Part shown: in pieces, positions 38,797-52,468 of the stretch | Numbering within the stretch: the first letter of the stretch is position 1 | Layout of the letters: each line of letters starts with the position of its first letter | Assembly (NCBI GenBank): GCA_964247055.1 | Contig: OZ176052.1 | Location: forward strand, 5,456,001 to 5,520,000 | Direction: 5' to 3' | From: Paragordius varius | Lineage: Eukaryota; Animalia; Nematomorpha | DNA length: 64,000 bases | The notes under the pieces: model-generated | What the model saw: the letters and a program-made list of their open reading frames with translations, nothing else | Told to the model about the DNA's origin: nothing | The model's database searches: none | Made by a program: the position numbers and the translations under genes

Positions 38797-41700
38797 TTAT
38801 GATGATAAAAATATTAACACTTTTTTAAGGCTTAAAAATTGGGTAGTAGAAGTCACACCTGAGGTAAAGGCATACAATCCCATGGATGCACATACAAAAA
38901 GGGCCCACAAATACTTATCACGCGTTTTATTTGGCCAGTCCATTGCATTAAATTCTTTTTTCCCATGGTTAAAGTTTTTATTTTGTTCATATTCTAGAAT
39001 TCATTTAAATATAATTTATACAATGTGTATAAGATATTTAATATTTTAAAAAAGAGAAAATACATCATTTTCATGATTTTAATTTTATTGGACAACAAAA
39101 TATAATACCCACTTTTGTATTATTAAAATAAAAACAAAATTTTTTGGTGAAACTTTATAAAACAAAAAAAGGTTTAAAATATTATAATACTAATCTATTA
39201 TCATAATATTTGTTACAAAAAATTATGGCTGCATTTAAATACAAAACGCTAGAAAAGAAAAATGCATGTGTTACCCTTGGCATAAAATGTTTTCATGATT
39301 CGATCCACATAGTTTACAAGATTTTTGTGCGATAAATAAGCATCCTTTAGTTCGATTCCTGTCACTAAGGGAACAAAATTTAAAATGGCCAGGTGAGCAA
39401 AAATGTAAGCGTCAGATAAATCAGGATCGTTTCCATTTCCACCAAAATATTGGCGTTCATTTAGGGTTTCCGATAAATATTGCAGGACATTTATAGCGTT
39501 TTGTAAAATCTAATATTTGCATTGTGGAAGTTATATATACCATTTACAGGGTTTAAATTCACCCTTGAACAATTCAAATTCACCCTAAAAATATATTATG
39601 TGTTTTCAGGCTAACATAACTCATCATTTATATGAAATATATATTCTTTTGGCATAGTTTATTATTTTTTCAGTATTATTTTAATTTAAAAGAAAATTCT
39701 ATTTTTAAAAAATATATAAAAATATAGGTAATTTTTAATCTTTGAAAACATATAATTTATTTGAGGGTGAATTATTGAGAAGGGTTAATTTGATTGTTTA
39801 AGGGTGAATTTGAATTGTAAATGGTATATATTATAATGTTACCAAATTTTTAAAATGCTTACTTAGATGCCCGAAAATCGGTAGACAATATTTATATAAG
39901 TCTACTAACATTTCACAAAGGTCCATATAGCAAAAATTTATTATTTCATCTCCCCAATTTTATATTAAAAATAATAACCCGATTAAGAATAAACATTAGT
40001 TTTTCTCAACAATGTTGACTTTTACGAGATTAAAATTTGAAGTCAAAAATGAATTTAACCATAAAATATTAGATTTGATTTTTATCTATTGTTCGTTGCT
40101 TTGAGTTTTTACATATTAAATTGATGAACCTAAAAAATTTTTTTATAAAAATCTAAGATTTACGCCTTAACACTTCAAATCAACTCCAAATACTTAAATA
40201 TTCACATAAACGATTATTTACAGGTGACTATTTCTCTGTATTTTTTATATCAAGTTGTTGCTTTTTTTAAAAATTTGGATAATAAATTACTAATTAACTT
40301 CCTGGGGATACAAACAATCTTTTGTAAGTTTGTAAAATGTGATAAAGTGAAGATAAATAATTTAATATTCTCAACATGAAGATAGTATCAATCGGGTATT
40401 TTTTGATTTGTTGCATATTGAGATTCATATACGCTACTGATTGATCTCAGTTTTGAATCTATAATGGATTCAAAATTTGTTAATGGTTGTTCCAACAACT
40501 TGATCGGTCTGTAGGAAACACAATCGAGCATGTCACCCTTGTTCTTATAGATGAGTATTATGGTATTTTTGACCATTATTTAAGGATGCGATTTATTTAA
40601 GTTTATTACTTTGGGATGAAAGGTATAGCTTTAAGCATGTAAAAGCTGAGTTCAGATGGACTAACTGCTTTGTTATATTCATCTTGGTTTAGGCATCTCT
40701 TAGACTGTTGTAATAAATGGTCGAGGACCAATTGCTGGTGGTTAGTTAATTGTCTCAGTATTTGTGTGAATTGTTCTTGGTAATATGTGGTCCAGACATT
40801 GCTTGCGTCTCTCCAATGAGTTGCTAGTTGTTTGTGTTTGTCAGTAACATGATTGACGTTAATTTTATTAGAAGATTACAAAAAATTTAGCAATAGGAAG
40901 AACTTATCACATTTTTATGGACTTACAGAGGGCTTTCGATTGTATCCACAGGAGGTTAATTATATCCCTACGATACAACAACGTAAATGTTTGGATAATC
41001 ACATCAATAGAAATGATGTACTTCAAAATAATAAATTGCGTCAATTACTAGGCAACACAGCTTTTATTCTTAACGAGAAGGTTTCATCAAGGATCACTAA
41101 TCCCTTTACTTTTCATATTAATAATGGATTATTTAATAAAAGATATAAAACAAGGCCCACCGTGGGAGCTTATCTATGCTGACGAATCGTCCTCATCGCA
41201 AATTAATGGAGGAATTAAATCAAAAGTTCTACACATGGAAATTAGACTTAGAAAAGGATGGAATGAAGATAAACATAAGCAAACAAAGATAACGGGTGAA
41301 AATGTATATGAAACCTAAGTTTTGTGGAGTATGTAATTAAAATATAAAACTTAACTCAATCCTATGTATATCTTGCAATAAGTGGGTACAGTAAAAAGCA
41401 CCCTTAGGGAGAATAATCAAAAATTTGTAGGTGAATCTGCAAAAATTAAACTGTAAATCACTCACTTACTTTCCTAAATTACCTTTATGTGTCAGACGCC
41501 AAAATTGTTGTTTATAATTTTAATACTTGGGCGATGTCATACATTGCCTAGATGGAATAAACCAGACAGTTAATTATACAACATTGGGTAAAATACTATC
41601 AACTCAAAATATTGTTCAAAAATAAGCAAGTATCTGCAAATCCCAGATACCCTGGGACCTAAAACGGAAGGATGGATATCTGCAAAAACAAAGGTCTGAT

Positions 41701-42865
41701 CCACAAAGCCGGCATACGTCCTATACTCCTCTATGGAAGCAAGACATGGGCGATGACGAATTAATAAAGATAGACATAAAAAAGCGTATGTTAAAAATAT
41801 GCGACCCCAATGGGTCAAATTCAAATTTGCATCAACTGTACCATATTGAAACTAATGCTCAGAAGAAATATATTCAGATATTTTCACACCAAACGTCCTC
41901 CAGAACAATAGACAAATATTTCATCCCTAAATCCCGAAGGTAACAATCGTAAGGGTAAACCAACTTTTGGAAAAAAACAATAAATGGTTTAGGTGTTGCA
42001 ACATTAATGATAACGCTTGGGAGGATCGCAAACATTACAACCAGCTCCTATACGGATGGCTTTACACAAATACAATACGAATAAATTTAATCCGATGACA
42101 AAAATGACTTTTATTTAAACTCTTTTTTATTTCTTTTATATAGTTGAAATAATCGTAAAAAAGCCATGATTACGTTTTAAATTATTATATTACCTAGATG
42201 ATAAATGATCAAAAGCGACTATTATTTTGGACGAAAAATTCACAATATAGATAAAATATTTTAATTTTATCCATATTAGTCCCTCTTAAAATCCTATGCC
42301 AACACTACTTAATTCCAGATATTTTGCTTTACCGTTAAATTAAATATATCAAATTTTTGGGTAATAATACTTACATGCTCATATTCATTTTTGGTTTGTT
42401 GAAAAAGGTTTGAAATCAATTTTCTCGTTTTGAATGGATATAAAAATTGAAAGTAAGATAAATTTTTTGTTAAAGCAGGTTTCGTTACAGTATGACAATT
42501 TGTATCTGATATCCACAGTATATACATCTAATTTATATATTGAATAAACCAATCCATGATATAAATCTTTCATAAGTAAATTGAGCAATAATTCATCTTT
42601 AATTATTTTTTCCTTATAAATTTATTAAATGTATACTTTATTAAAATTTAATATTTGATTAATTCCATAACAAGTTTTGTTTTCATGACAAAAATATGGT
42701 ACTTTGTAAAATGTATCAGTAGAATTTACATATTTCACATCAAAGACAACATTTAAAAATTTTAATTCGGTCTTGTAAAAATTAAAAGCACAATTTTACC
42801 ATAACAATAAGTGATTCTAAATCACATGAAGGACAACCCCAAACAGGTCCAATAATTTTTAACAT
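38797..42865 (-). CDS. MTX1: Metaxin-1-like (mitochondrial SAM complex, GST fold, C-terminal TM), ~282 aa, 6 exons
   Basis: Exons 42865-42800, 42771-42637, 42612-42550, 42527-42375, 39509-39275, 38993-38797 (introns 28, 24, 22, 2865, 281 nt). Motifs: WGCPSCDLESL, YILW...N...VTK, LSETLNERQYFGG...LSDAYIFAHLA, NLVNYVDRI, TM PNKTRDKYLWALFVCASMGLYAFTSG. Not visible as one ORF in the track. Confidence 0.88.
39536..39828. mobile_element. MITE family C, copy 2
   Basis: TATACCATTTACAG...CTGTAAATGGTATA-type TIRs with three AATTCACCCT repeats per side. Lies in metaxin intron 4. Confidence 0.82.
40385..42080 (+). mobile_element. 5'-inverted, degenerate RTE-clade LINE copy
   Basis: 40850->40385 on the minus strand encodes VWTTYY, NKAVSP, IYKNKGD..DCVSYRPIKLLEQ, ESQY. 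40850->42080 on the plus strand continues with FMDLQRAFDCI, HQGS..PLLF, WELIYAD, a PHD remnant, and KGLIHKAGIRPILLYGSKTWA. Confidence 0.85.
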
Positions 42866-42992
42866 TTGTAAAGAGAATCTCAACAATAATATAGCTCCGT
42901 ATAAAAGTCCAAATTAAAGGGTTGAAATACAAAAACTCAAGCAATACAATCAATTTCAAGAATTTATTGGTGTGATATTTTAAAAAACACAC
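42866..42992. promoter_or_regulatory. Putative bidirectional promoter/5' UTRs shared by metaxin and GCPII (127 bp between ATGs)
   Basis: Inferred from the divergent start codons at 42865 (-) and 42993 (+). Confidence 0.55.
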
Positions 42993-45900
42993 ATGGTAAA
43001 TAATCCATTGCGTTGTGATATGATGAATAAACACATGTCGGCTTCGAAGTATCAGCAACATAAAAACGACCCCACTGCAGATACCGAACTTGAATCATGG
43101 CCTGAAGATATAAATGGGCATGTTAGAGTTTATGGACCAACTTTTAGAAGAATGATCCCTCGAAATAATGTTTTAACAGTTGTCGCAATGTCCATTATAC
43201 TAAGCCTTTGTTGTGGGATTTTAATAGGATATTTTGGCCATACCTTACATCACCCAGAAGATCATTGTCTAAATGATATAATGATACGATTAACTTCTGA
43301 AGCTCATGATAAAATAGCGGATGATATATTAAAGTTAATCAATAAAGACAATATACGAAACTATCACAAGTAATTTGTTTTTATACATTTTAACCATAGA
43401 AGTTTGACAGAAAAAGTTCACCATGCCGGTTCAGAACGACAAAAATATTTGGCCGAAAATATTCGGAAGGAATGGACAAATAATGGATTTGATGCATCAC
43501 TCAATACGTACAATGTTATGTTCTCCTATCCAGATACTAGGTATTTATGACAATTTATTCTATAGCTCACAAAGTGGTGTCTATTTGCTAAGTCCAAACG
43601 GAACAGTTATGTGGAAAACACGCACAAAAGAATCTTTAACCCCTAATGATGATCCAAACATGCTTCCGCCTTTTAATGCATATTCCCCTTGCGGAAACAT
43701 TACAGTTTTTATCTCTATACTATTATTAATTAAATATATGTAATGGCAATATTTATTTAATGATTTAACTTATGTTTTTCCATTTTTTATGTTGAGAATT
43801 AAAATATCGTCAAATAACCGATTTTTTCCATTGAGGTTATAAATATGATTCTTTTTATTATATTAATATTTTTTTTATTAGTCTGAAATTGTTTATGCAA
43901 ATTATGGACGCTTTAGAGATTATAATTATTTGAAAAGCGTTCTCAACATAGACTTGTCTGGAAAAATCGCCCTTGTTCGATATGGGTCAATTTTTCGCGG
44001 ATCAAAAGTATAAAAATTCGTTAATATTTACATTTTTAAATTTAGCTAAAAAAATAGATCTATTATTATATATGGAATAATACAATCACACTTCAGCGTA
44101 AACAATATCCAATAGATCTATTATTATGTCGTCTAAAAAATGTATATCAATTTTTATAAATGTAAGATTATATATTTTGCACATATTATTTTAAATACCG
44201 ATTTGGACTTTTTTTATTGAAGTTTTAACCCGTTGGCCTAAATGTTTGAAATATTTTGCACAAAATTAATACCAAACAGTAAAAATGATAAAAACAAAAT
44301 TATATTCATAGCTTTATATCATTCTTTTACTCTTTATTTTGTCTTCCACTGTATAGTTAAATTCTTTCCTATTGAATGCGTAAAAACTATTTGAAACTTT
44401 TTTATATCAAAACTTATATTATCTTAATTTTTTAGGTGTATTTAGCGTCATATTTCAACATGTCTGGCGTTATCCTGTACAGTGATCCGAAAGACGTAGC
44501 TCCTTATGGAGTTGATTCAAGCCAAACTTATCCAAACAGTTGGTGGATGCCTGCCACTGGAGTTCAACGTGGCAGTATATTTGATATAACAGGAGATGCA
44601 CTAACTATTGGTTACCCTTCAAATGGTATGGAGAAAATGTTTTATATTAAAATATTTTTTGGTTGGTCTATTTAAATCATTTTATTTTTCTGTTAAGAGC
44701 ACTTTATGAAAAGGACATTTTATATTGTATATTCTATTTTTCTCTTTTTTTCAACCGGTCAATTGGTTTAAGAAATTTTATTAAAAAAATTTCTTCACTG
44801 CTTGTTTCCTCTTCCATCCTTAAACTGGTAATAAAAGTGTTTTTTATTTTTACCTAATTATAATAATTTAATACGCACATTACACTTAGAATATATGTAT
44901 CGAGAATTGCCGATACGAGGAACGTTACCATCAATACCGACATATCCCATTTCCTATTCAGATGCTCATGTGCTTTTAGGAGCTCTTGGGGGCCCAAATG
45001 CTCCTTCTGCATGGATTGGAAAGGTGCCAGGTGTAAATTATCGTGTCGGACCCGGTTTTACGGCTGAGAAAAAAGATTGGTTTGCTTTTTATGTTTTATT
45101 GTTGAGTGTTAAAAAAAGGTGCGGTTTTAATATATGCTAATGAATAGTTTGTTTTGGGTTTATAACAATATGATATCGTTAATTATTTTTTATATTTTAA
45201 ATATCTTATATTACGAATGTCTTTTTTAACACGAAAATCTATATCCCATTATTTTTTATCTCGAATAATCTGGTTTTCAAGAAATGCGATTGAATTTTAT
45301 ATGATAATTAAAGGAATATCGTGAACGGTGGTTTAAATGAGAATTGAGTAGTTTGTTCCAATAGTTTTATTAAAACGTATATGCTAACATTGTTATGGGT
45401 ATTTCTCGTTTTTCATCTGAATAAAAAATTTTATTTAATTATTTGATAGATTTGTTTAACATGGTCCGGAAAATATATACAAATTTATCGAATTAATAAA
45501 ATAAAACATAAAAAGGCATATCTATTTTAGAGAAATCTAAGTGTTTTTTACTATAGCTTATAAAGAAAATATAATGTTAAATCTTTAGAACAAATAAGTT
45601 TTATTTTACATTATTGAATATCTTAGCACTGTCGAAGACTATTTTTTCCATTTGATGCAATGATAAGGATGTTTTGTAATTTCTCTTTTGAATATTTGAA
45701 TATCATGCATTTTTTTTCATATGGGAATACTTTAAAGAAATGAGGTGAATGGCTCTCTATTATATAATAAAAAGAAAACAACAAACAATTGGAATATAAA
45801 AAGCAAATTTTTCTCTTGTAACCATATTATTGGTTATGTGGGTTTTTTAAATTGCTGATACGTTTAAAAATTTAGTATGAGCTAGTTTACATTTTTTGGG

Positions 45901-48900
45901 TTTATTCTTGATTAAATTGCACATTTCTGTGTATGAGCAAGAAAAAACGAAAAAATGGCCACTTATTGTGCAACATTTTTCAGTCACCAACATTTTAATT
46001 CCGTTAATATTGCTTATGGCTAAAAAATGTTGCTTTTTGGTTTTGACTGATAAATGGTACATTATAAACAATTGAACAAATAAAATATATTAATATACAT
46101 GTTAAAAAACCCACACTATTTCAAATCACTAAAACCGGTATATGTATACCTATGTTGCTTTAGGAAAATACGGTTACAAGTTAATAACCGTGTTGAAAGA
46201 CGTAACCTTTACAATGTTATTGGTAAGGTGCGAGGGAGTGTTGAACCAGATCGATATATAATGCTTGGGAATCATAGAGATGCTTGGACCTATGGTGGGA
46301 CGGATCCTTCATCTGGCACGGCTTGTTTGATGGAAATCACTCGTGTTTTTGGACTCCTTTTGAAATCTGGTAAGTTGGGTTAAGAATTTTTATGTTATCA
46401 GTATCTAATTGGAGTAGGATTAATAGTAATATGGTGGTTTTAAAAGCATAAATATTGGGCCTCTGTTGAAATCGAGTACGATAATATTTGTTTTTCTTGA
46501 AAGATAATTTTAATGTTAACTATTGGAAAAATTAAATTTTTTTTGTTATTAAAACAAATTAAATTTGATTAGAATTATGATGGTTTAAAAGCATAAAAAT
46601 TGCATCTGATATCGAGTAAGATAAGATGTGTTTCAGTATAATAAATTGGATTATGATTATAGTGGTTTAATTTATAAAAACTGGTAGGTTCTTTAACTAA
46701 TGACTTTAATAGAGGTTAAAATATATGGCAATTTATTTGCACACATATTTTTGGCTAATTTAGATTACTGCCAATTTAATTAAATTAGCTTGATGTTTTT
46801 TATTAGGCATCCATAAAATAGATAATGCGCATTTAGATTAGAGTTTTTTGTGTTTATATTCTAATTTACCATCCATTCAAGTCAAATGATATCCTAAATA
46901 TGGTAATTTATGTTGAAAAACATTGATTTCAATGAAGGAAAATGTATGGCTTTCGAAGAAAAAATAACTTCTCGCTTTTTAATCACCTGTTTTATTATTT
47001 TATATCATTACTGTTAACTAAGAGAGTTAAAACCTGGATCTTTATGAGGGTAAAATATATAAAGCATTACTTATAATATTTTCCGATTTTAAAATAAGGT
47101 CAAATCCTAGCTTTTTTAGATCAAAAAAACATTTATACAGTGTTTTTGTGATTTAGGTTGGAAACCACGTCGAACCATTATATTTGCCAGCTGGGATGGC
47201 GAGGAACAATCCATATCTGGTTCCACCGAATACGTTGAAGATTATGGGAAATTGCTTATGAGTCGAGCAATGGCTTACTTGAATGTCGATATAGCTGTTA
47301 ATGGTAAAATAAAAGTGGAACGCTTTTTATAGACAAAATTATTTTGGTGCTGTATTTTAATTAATGTTTAACAACTTGTTGTATAATGCACTAATTTTTA
47401 AACCTTGGTTTATATTAGTGATAATTAAGTAATCTTGGTATAATTCTTGGACGTGATATATGGTATAAGAAAAAAGTATAATATCAATTTTTTATTTTCA
47501 ATATATATTACATTCAATTGTTATTACAAAAATATTAATTCTCTTTATTGCATTTTTACCGATGAGATAGGTGAAATTAATATTTTAAAATTTGCATTTC
47601 ATAAAATGTTCAGGTAATTATTCTCTGCACGTCAAATCGTCTCCCTTACTTACTCAAGCTGCATATGATGTGGCCAAAATGGTATATATTTGCTTTACGG
47701 ATAAAATGATAGTTCAATGGAATTTTATATAAATGTTATTTATTTTTTGGTAATTTTTTTGCAGCATTTAAGCAAAATGTTATTAAATAATGTACCATAT
47801 GAAAATTATTAATCAAGGTTGGATTCAAACTCTTACTTCGTTTAATAATTTTTTGTCTCCTGTTCCGATTTTATGAAGTATAATGCTAAAATTCACAAAA
47901 TGTTTGTTTTCCGTTAATGAATATGAACATCATTGTATTTTAATTAACGTTATTGTTGGCCAATTGGTAATACAGTAGCGCATGAGATAAAACATATTTC
48001 GTCCTTAATTTAATAAAATAAATGTTTTAAGAAATGTATTTTTAACCATTTGTTGTTTTTTACCCATACGCTCTGCTACATTAGATTGACCAACATTAGC
48101 TATGCATAGTCTGTATATTAAACACCGTATATTACTATGTATTTTAATAAATGTCAAACATACGTTTTTAATTGATTTTACTTTGTTTTTAATTGTTATG
48201 ATGTTTGATATGTCAACTTTTAACATGCGCATTTTTAAGCCTTAAAATAAAAATAGCCTATTTATTGTAAACATTTAAAAACAAAGTAAAATCAATTAAA
48301 AACGTATGTTTGACATTTATAAACCTACATGACTGTACTTTCATATATATATATATTAGATCCCTAACCCAAACCCGTCCGAAATTGCTCAGGGTCGAAA
48401 GACAGTTTATGATACATGGCTGTATACTAGTCAACTCACTCGATCCAAACAATTTAATTCTGCCGTGGCTGCCATCAAGAGTGATGGAAATAATTGGCGA
48501 TTGGTTGAAGCTGAAAAGCTACCAATTATTGGTAATTTGGGTTCCGGGAGTGATTTTGTTGCCTTCTTAAACTTGGCTGGTGTTACATCCCTTGACGTAC
48601 GTTACGGTTTTGATAAGGTAACTAACTATATAATTGATGATTGATTTGCCCCAGTTTATAGTTCATTCTAAAAAGGGTTCAAATAGTTTTTCCTTGATTT
48701 ATCAGACTACATAAAATGCTTTAATGTTTCGAACCCCTTTAACAAATTTGTTTGAGAATTGATAAAAGATTAGAATTTACTTTTCCACTATTGAAAACAT
48801 CATTATTGTATTTTAATTTATAATGGTGTCAAATTTAAGGTCCGATTTATGTTTTTTTCAAGTAAATCATGGACCAGAATCCAAAAATGGATCCAAATGT

Positions 48901-51900
48901 TTTATATAATATATTTCCAAAAAAACTACATAATTTTTTTAATTATGAGACTTATCATTCATGCCTCTTTTAAATGTATATTGATGGATCAAAAAATTAG
49001 TTTCAACTCACGTTTTATGAATGAATAAATTTACCATTTTTAAAAACTCGAAAAAATCGAGGGTCCATTTTATGTAATAATCCCAAAAAACTGGTTTCGT
49101 TTAATTTTTTTCAATAAATCAAAATAGATGATTTTGTTACAATAATTTTTTATATATGCATTTATATATTTTAGGTATCTTCAGGCATTAGTCAATTCCC
49201 TTTGTATCATACAGCATTTGACACCTACCTGGATTCATCACAATTTATTGATCCAACTTATTCTTATCATTGTGCTGTAAAAAATATTTACTTATTTTAT
49301 AATTTCCGTTTATATAAAAACTTTATACTTGTAGAAAATTAAAATTTTAATTAAATTTAGAATATTAGAAAATTTTATTAACATACAACTATATTCACCT
49401 TATAATTAGTAACTATTTTTTTATTGGGTGTTTGCTTGCGGTATAATTTAATTTGAATCACATTTCTAATAGTCAATTTTTAACGTTTTTACGTAAAGCT
49501 TTAATATATTACTAATTAAATTTTAAATAATCTCAACTTCTCAACTTTATAACATTTTTGCTTTAGAGTTTTTATTTAAAACTTAGGTTGCACAATTTTG
49601 GGCTGAAATGGGCAGATATTTATCAGATAGCTATGTTTTACCCTTTTCACCCAAACAATATGGCATTAGCATGCAACGACATATCCATCTCTTAACACAC
49701 TATATACATCTTATGATTAGAAACAATATTTCATTAGGTAATTTATATTTATGCTTTTGGGTTATAATTTGATTTTACTATTAATGCATATTTTTAATTT
49801 AAATTACATATATATTATATGTATGAAAGAGGCATCGGCTCGACCGTGGGAAAATAATGGCTAATTATTCACTTCACATAATTTTTAGGAAATATTTTGT
49901 TGTCCATATAATTTATGTCCATTTTTTATAATAAAATTATCATCCTACTGATATATTATGAGAATTACGGTGCCTTCATCCTACTCGTCAATTAATTTTC
50001 CTTTCAGGCTACTCTGATTTTTATAAATTATTATTTTTTATGTTATATATCTAGGGATATTACCACAAGCCATCACAAAATTTATTAATGCAGCGGACAT
50101 TTTCCACGAAAAATATAATTTAGTTGATGATTCAAACACCGACATCAAAAATAATAGGGGCCATAATGCCAGAGGTTTTTATATTGTTTTTAAATTAAAC
50201 AAAATATGAGATTAAAATTAATTTTGGATACGATAAATAAATTATCGAAACTAAGTCATCAAAAAATATTAACTAATTTAACCAATTCATATATTTTGAA
50301 AAGCCATTTACACCATATAATTGCAAATATAATTAAATTTATTTAGCAAATTGTTGTTCAAAATGTAAAAAATTCAAAAAATTGCTTTATAATTGTAAGT
50401 CTTATACTTTTTTGTTATAAATTCATCATTTTTTTCGCATCTTATTTAGTGAATCCCAGTAATGTTAAATCAAATCCTTTAACTATACGAGCCTTGAATG
50501 ATAAACTCATGCAACTTGAGAGAGCTTTCTTGGATTTCAAAGGGAATCCTATAAGACCATGGTACAAACACAAATTATTGGCACCGAGCGTTTTTAATTT
50601 TTATAATGGAACCGGATTTCCAGGCCTAACAGATCTTTTATACATACTCTCTGAATCAGAAGCTAAACCAACTGAAAAGGAAGAAATAAATGATGCTATG
50701 GTATTAGATTTTATATATAAACACGATCGAATAATTTTTATCCAAAGATATATTTGAGTCTACGATTATAATTTAACCAACCCTTATTTAAATAAAAATG
50801 GATAAATTATGCCAATTATTATACCAACAAGTCCGGTTGCGATTAATATTTTGTGTCCAATCGCAATATCAAATTAAGCTATTATGGGTTTATTTTATGA
50901 GCATCTATCTTTAAACCCTCGTTGTTATTAATACAGAAAAAATTGTATAAATATGAAGATAATCATAAAATATATTTGTTTAATATTTTTTGATAAAAAA
51001 ACCCACATTCTTGACCTTTTTTATGCAGTCCGTATTAAAATATAATACTAATTGTTAGTGCCAATCACATCTCTTTCATGTTGATTAAAACGAAAAGCAA
51101 TCAAAAGAGAAATTTAAGTTCTATACAATTTGTATTTATAATCTTAGATTTAAATTATACATTGAATTCAACTTTAGTCGATGTTTGATCCAAACGCAGG
51201 AATTAATCCAGCTTTTACCGACATCCTTCATGATCATATTGTGTGGGCTTCTGCTGAGTATTCATCATTAAACATACCCGTTTTAGCTGGCCATGCCATT
51301 TACACCGGGTTTCCTGGCATAGAACGCTTAACTTATCACAATCATCATAATCAATCTGTGTATGAAACCGATTTTAATTATAACATAAATAATAATGATA
51401 ATTTTTATGGTTCAAAAGATAGAAAATATCGGAAATTGCAATACCTTAAACAGCAAGACTATAATGATAATATTCAACAGTTACAAGATTTTGAAAACCC
51501 TAAGGGTGTTGATGAACTTATTGCTGATCACCTGAGTAAAATAGCTAAATACACACAAGAATCGTATCATGTCAAGAGAGATGATACTGATAAACGAAGA
51601 AAGGCAAGACAATCATCAAATACCCAACAAGGTTGTTTTTAAAATTTTTGTGTTCTTAATTATTTTGCGTTTAATAATATATAACGGTTGTATCTTACTT
51701 ATACCGTGTTTAAGAATAATTTTTATGGGAAAAAGGTCGCATTATCTATTAGGTTACATGTACTACATTTTATTTTGTACCATGTAATTATAGATATATT
51801 ATTTATTTTTCAGGAAATTTATTTTGCCAAGTTTTTATATTCTTAAGAATCATATAATTTTGGCTAATATGTGGATTAACAAACCTACTGTTAATATATT

Positions 51901-52311
51901 TTGATTTTCGGAAATTTTAATAAGCGTCACACCTTTGGTTTGACTATTAGCAAACTTTAATCATTTCATGGAAATTTATAAAGATTTGGCATCGAAAACA
52001 TTTATTATTTTTTGTTCACACACTAATAATAATCGCACCATTTCTGTTAATTTTACTCTTGATTTTTTTGATAAACATTATGTGATGTGTATGTATGATA
52101 TTTAGATAGTAGCAACAAAAATGATTCTCAATCAGGAACTCAAACCGTCTTACATTCCCTTCATTCTAATCTTTTATTGGGTGGTGGTGATCACCATGAT
52201 AAATCCTATGTCATGCGTGATTTAATCATACAAAGTATCAAAAAAGAAATATCTGTGATAATTTTTACCATTGAGTCTGCTACACGCATTTTAACCGAAG
52301 ATTTATATTAA
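42993..52311 (+). CDS. FOLH1: Glutamate carboxypeptidase II / NAALADase (peptidase M28B; FOLH1/NAALAD2-like), type II membrane protein, ~1041 aa, 16 exons
   Basis: Exons 42993-43369, 43400-43540, 43566-43704, 43882-44007, 44436-44625, 44890-45079, 46164-46369, 47157-47303, 47614-47681, 48360-48617, 49175-49276, 49587-49737, 50055-50174, 50450-50700, 51178-51631, 52106-52311. N-terminal TM and PA domain (YANYG, RYG.IFRG.K). Zn/catalytic motifs NHRDAW, GTDPSSG, SWDGEE, NVDIAV, LGSGSDF, LYHT. C-terminal helix [19 protein letters not shown]. The specific paralogue is not resolvable. Confidence 0.93.
44053..44127. mobile_element. 41-bp insertion flanked by a 17-bp direct repeat (TSD)
   Basis: AATAGATCTATTATTAT at 44053-44069 and 44111-44127. 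The core ACACTTCAGCG(T/C)AAACAATATCCAATA recurs at 52807-52833. Confidence 0.65.
47950..48105. mobile_element. MITE family A, partial copy
   Basis: tattgttggccaattggtaatacagtag...gttgtttttacccatac matches 7250-7390. Confidence 0.7.
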
Positions 52312-52444
52312 TCTGAATAACTATAAATAGCTGATGACTCATATTTTTCATTGAAATTGTTGAATAAGATTTTTATGAATATACATCATGGATAAATGAA
52401 CCAATCTCACCGCAAATTTGCAAATTTTATTGTCATAATATTAA

Positions 52445-52468
52445 TATATATATATATATATGTATATA
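52445..52468. repeat. (TA)n microsatellite
   Basis: Seen directly in the sequence. Confidence 0.85.

Noticed and set aside
39345-39365. GTTCGATTCC tRNA B-box
   Set aside because: No A-box or cloverleaf; it is the antisense of a metaxin exon.
52330-52370. CTGATGA...GAAA hammerhead-like core
   Set aside because: Stem II does not pair and no stems I/III are evident.
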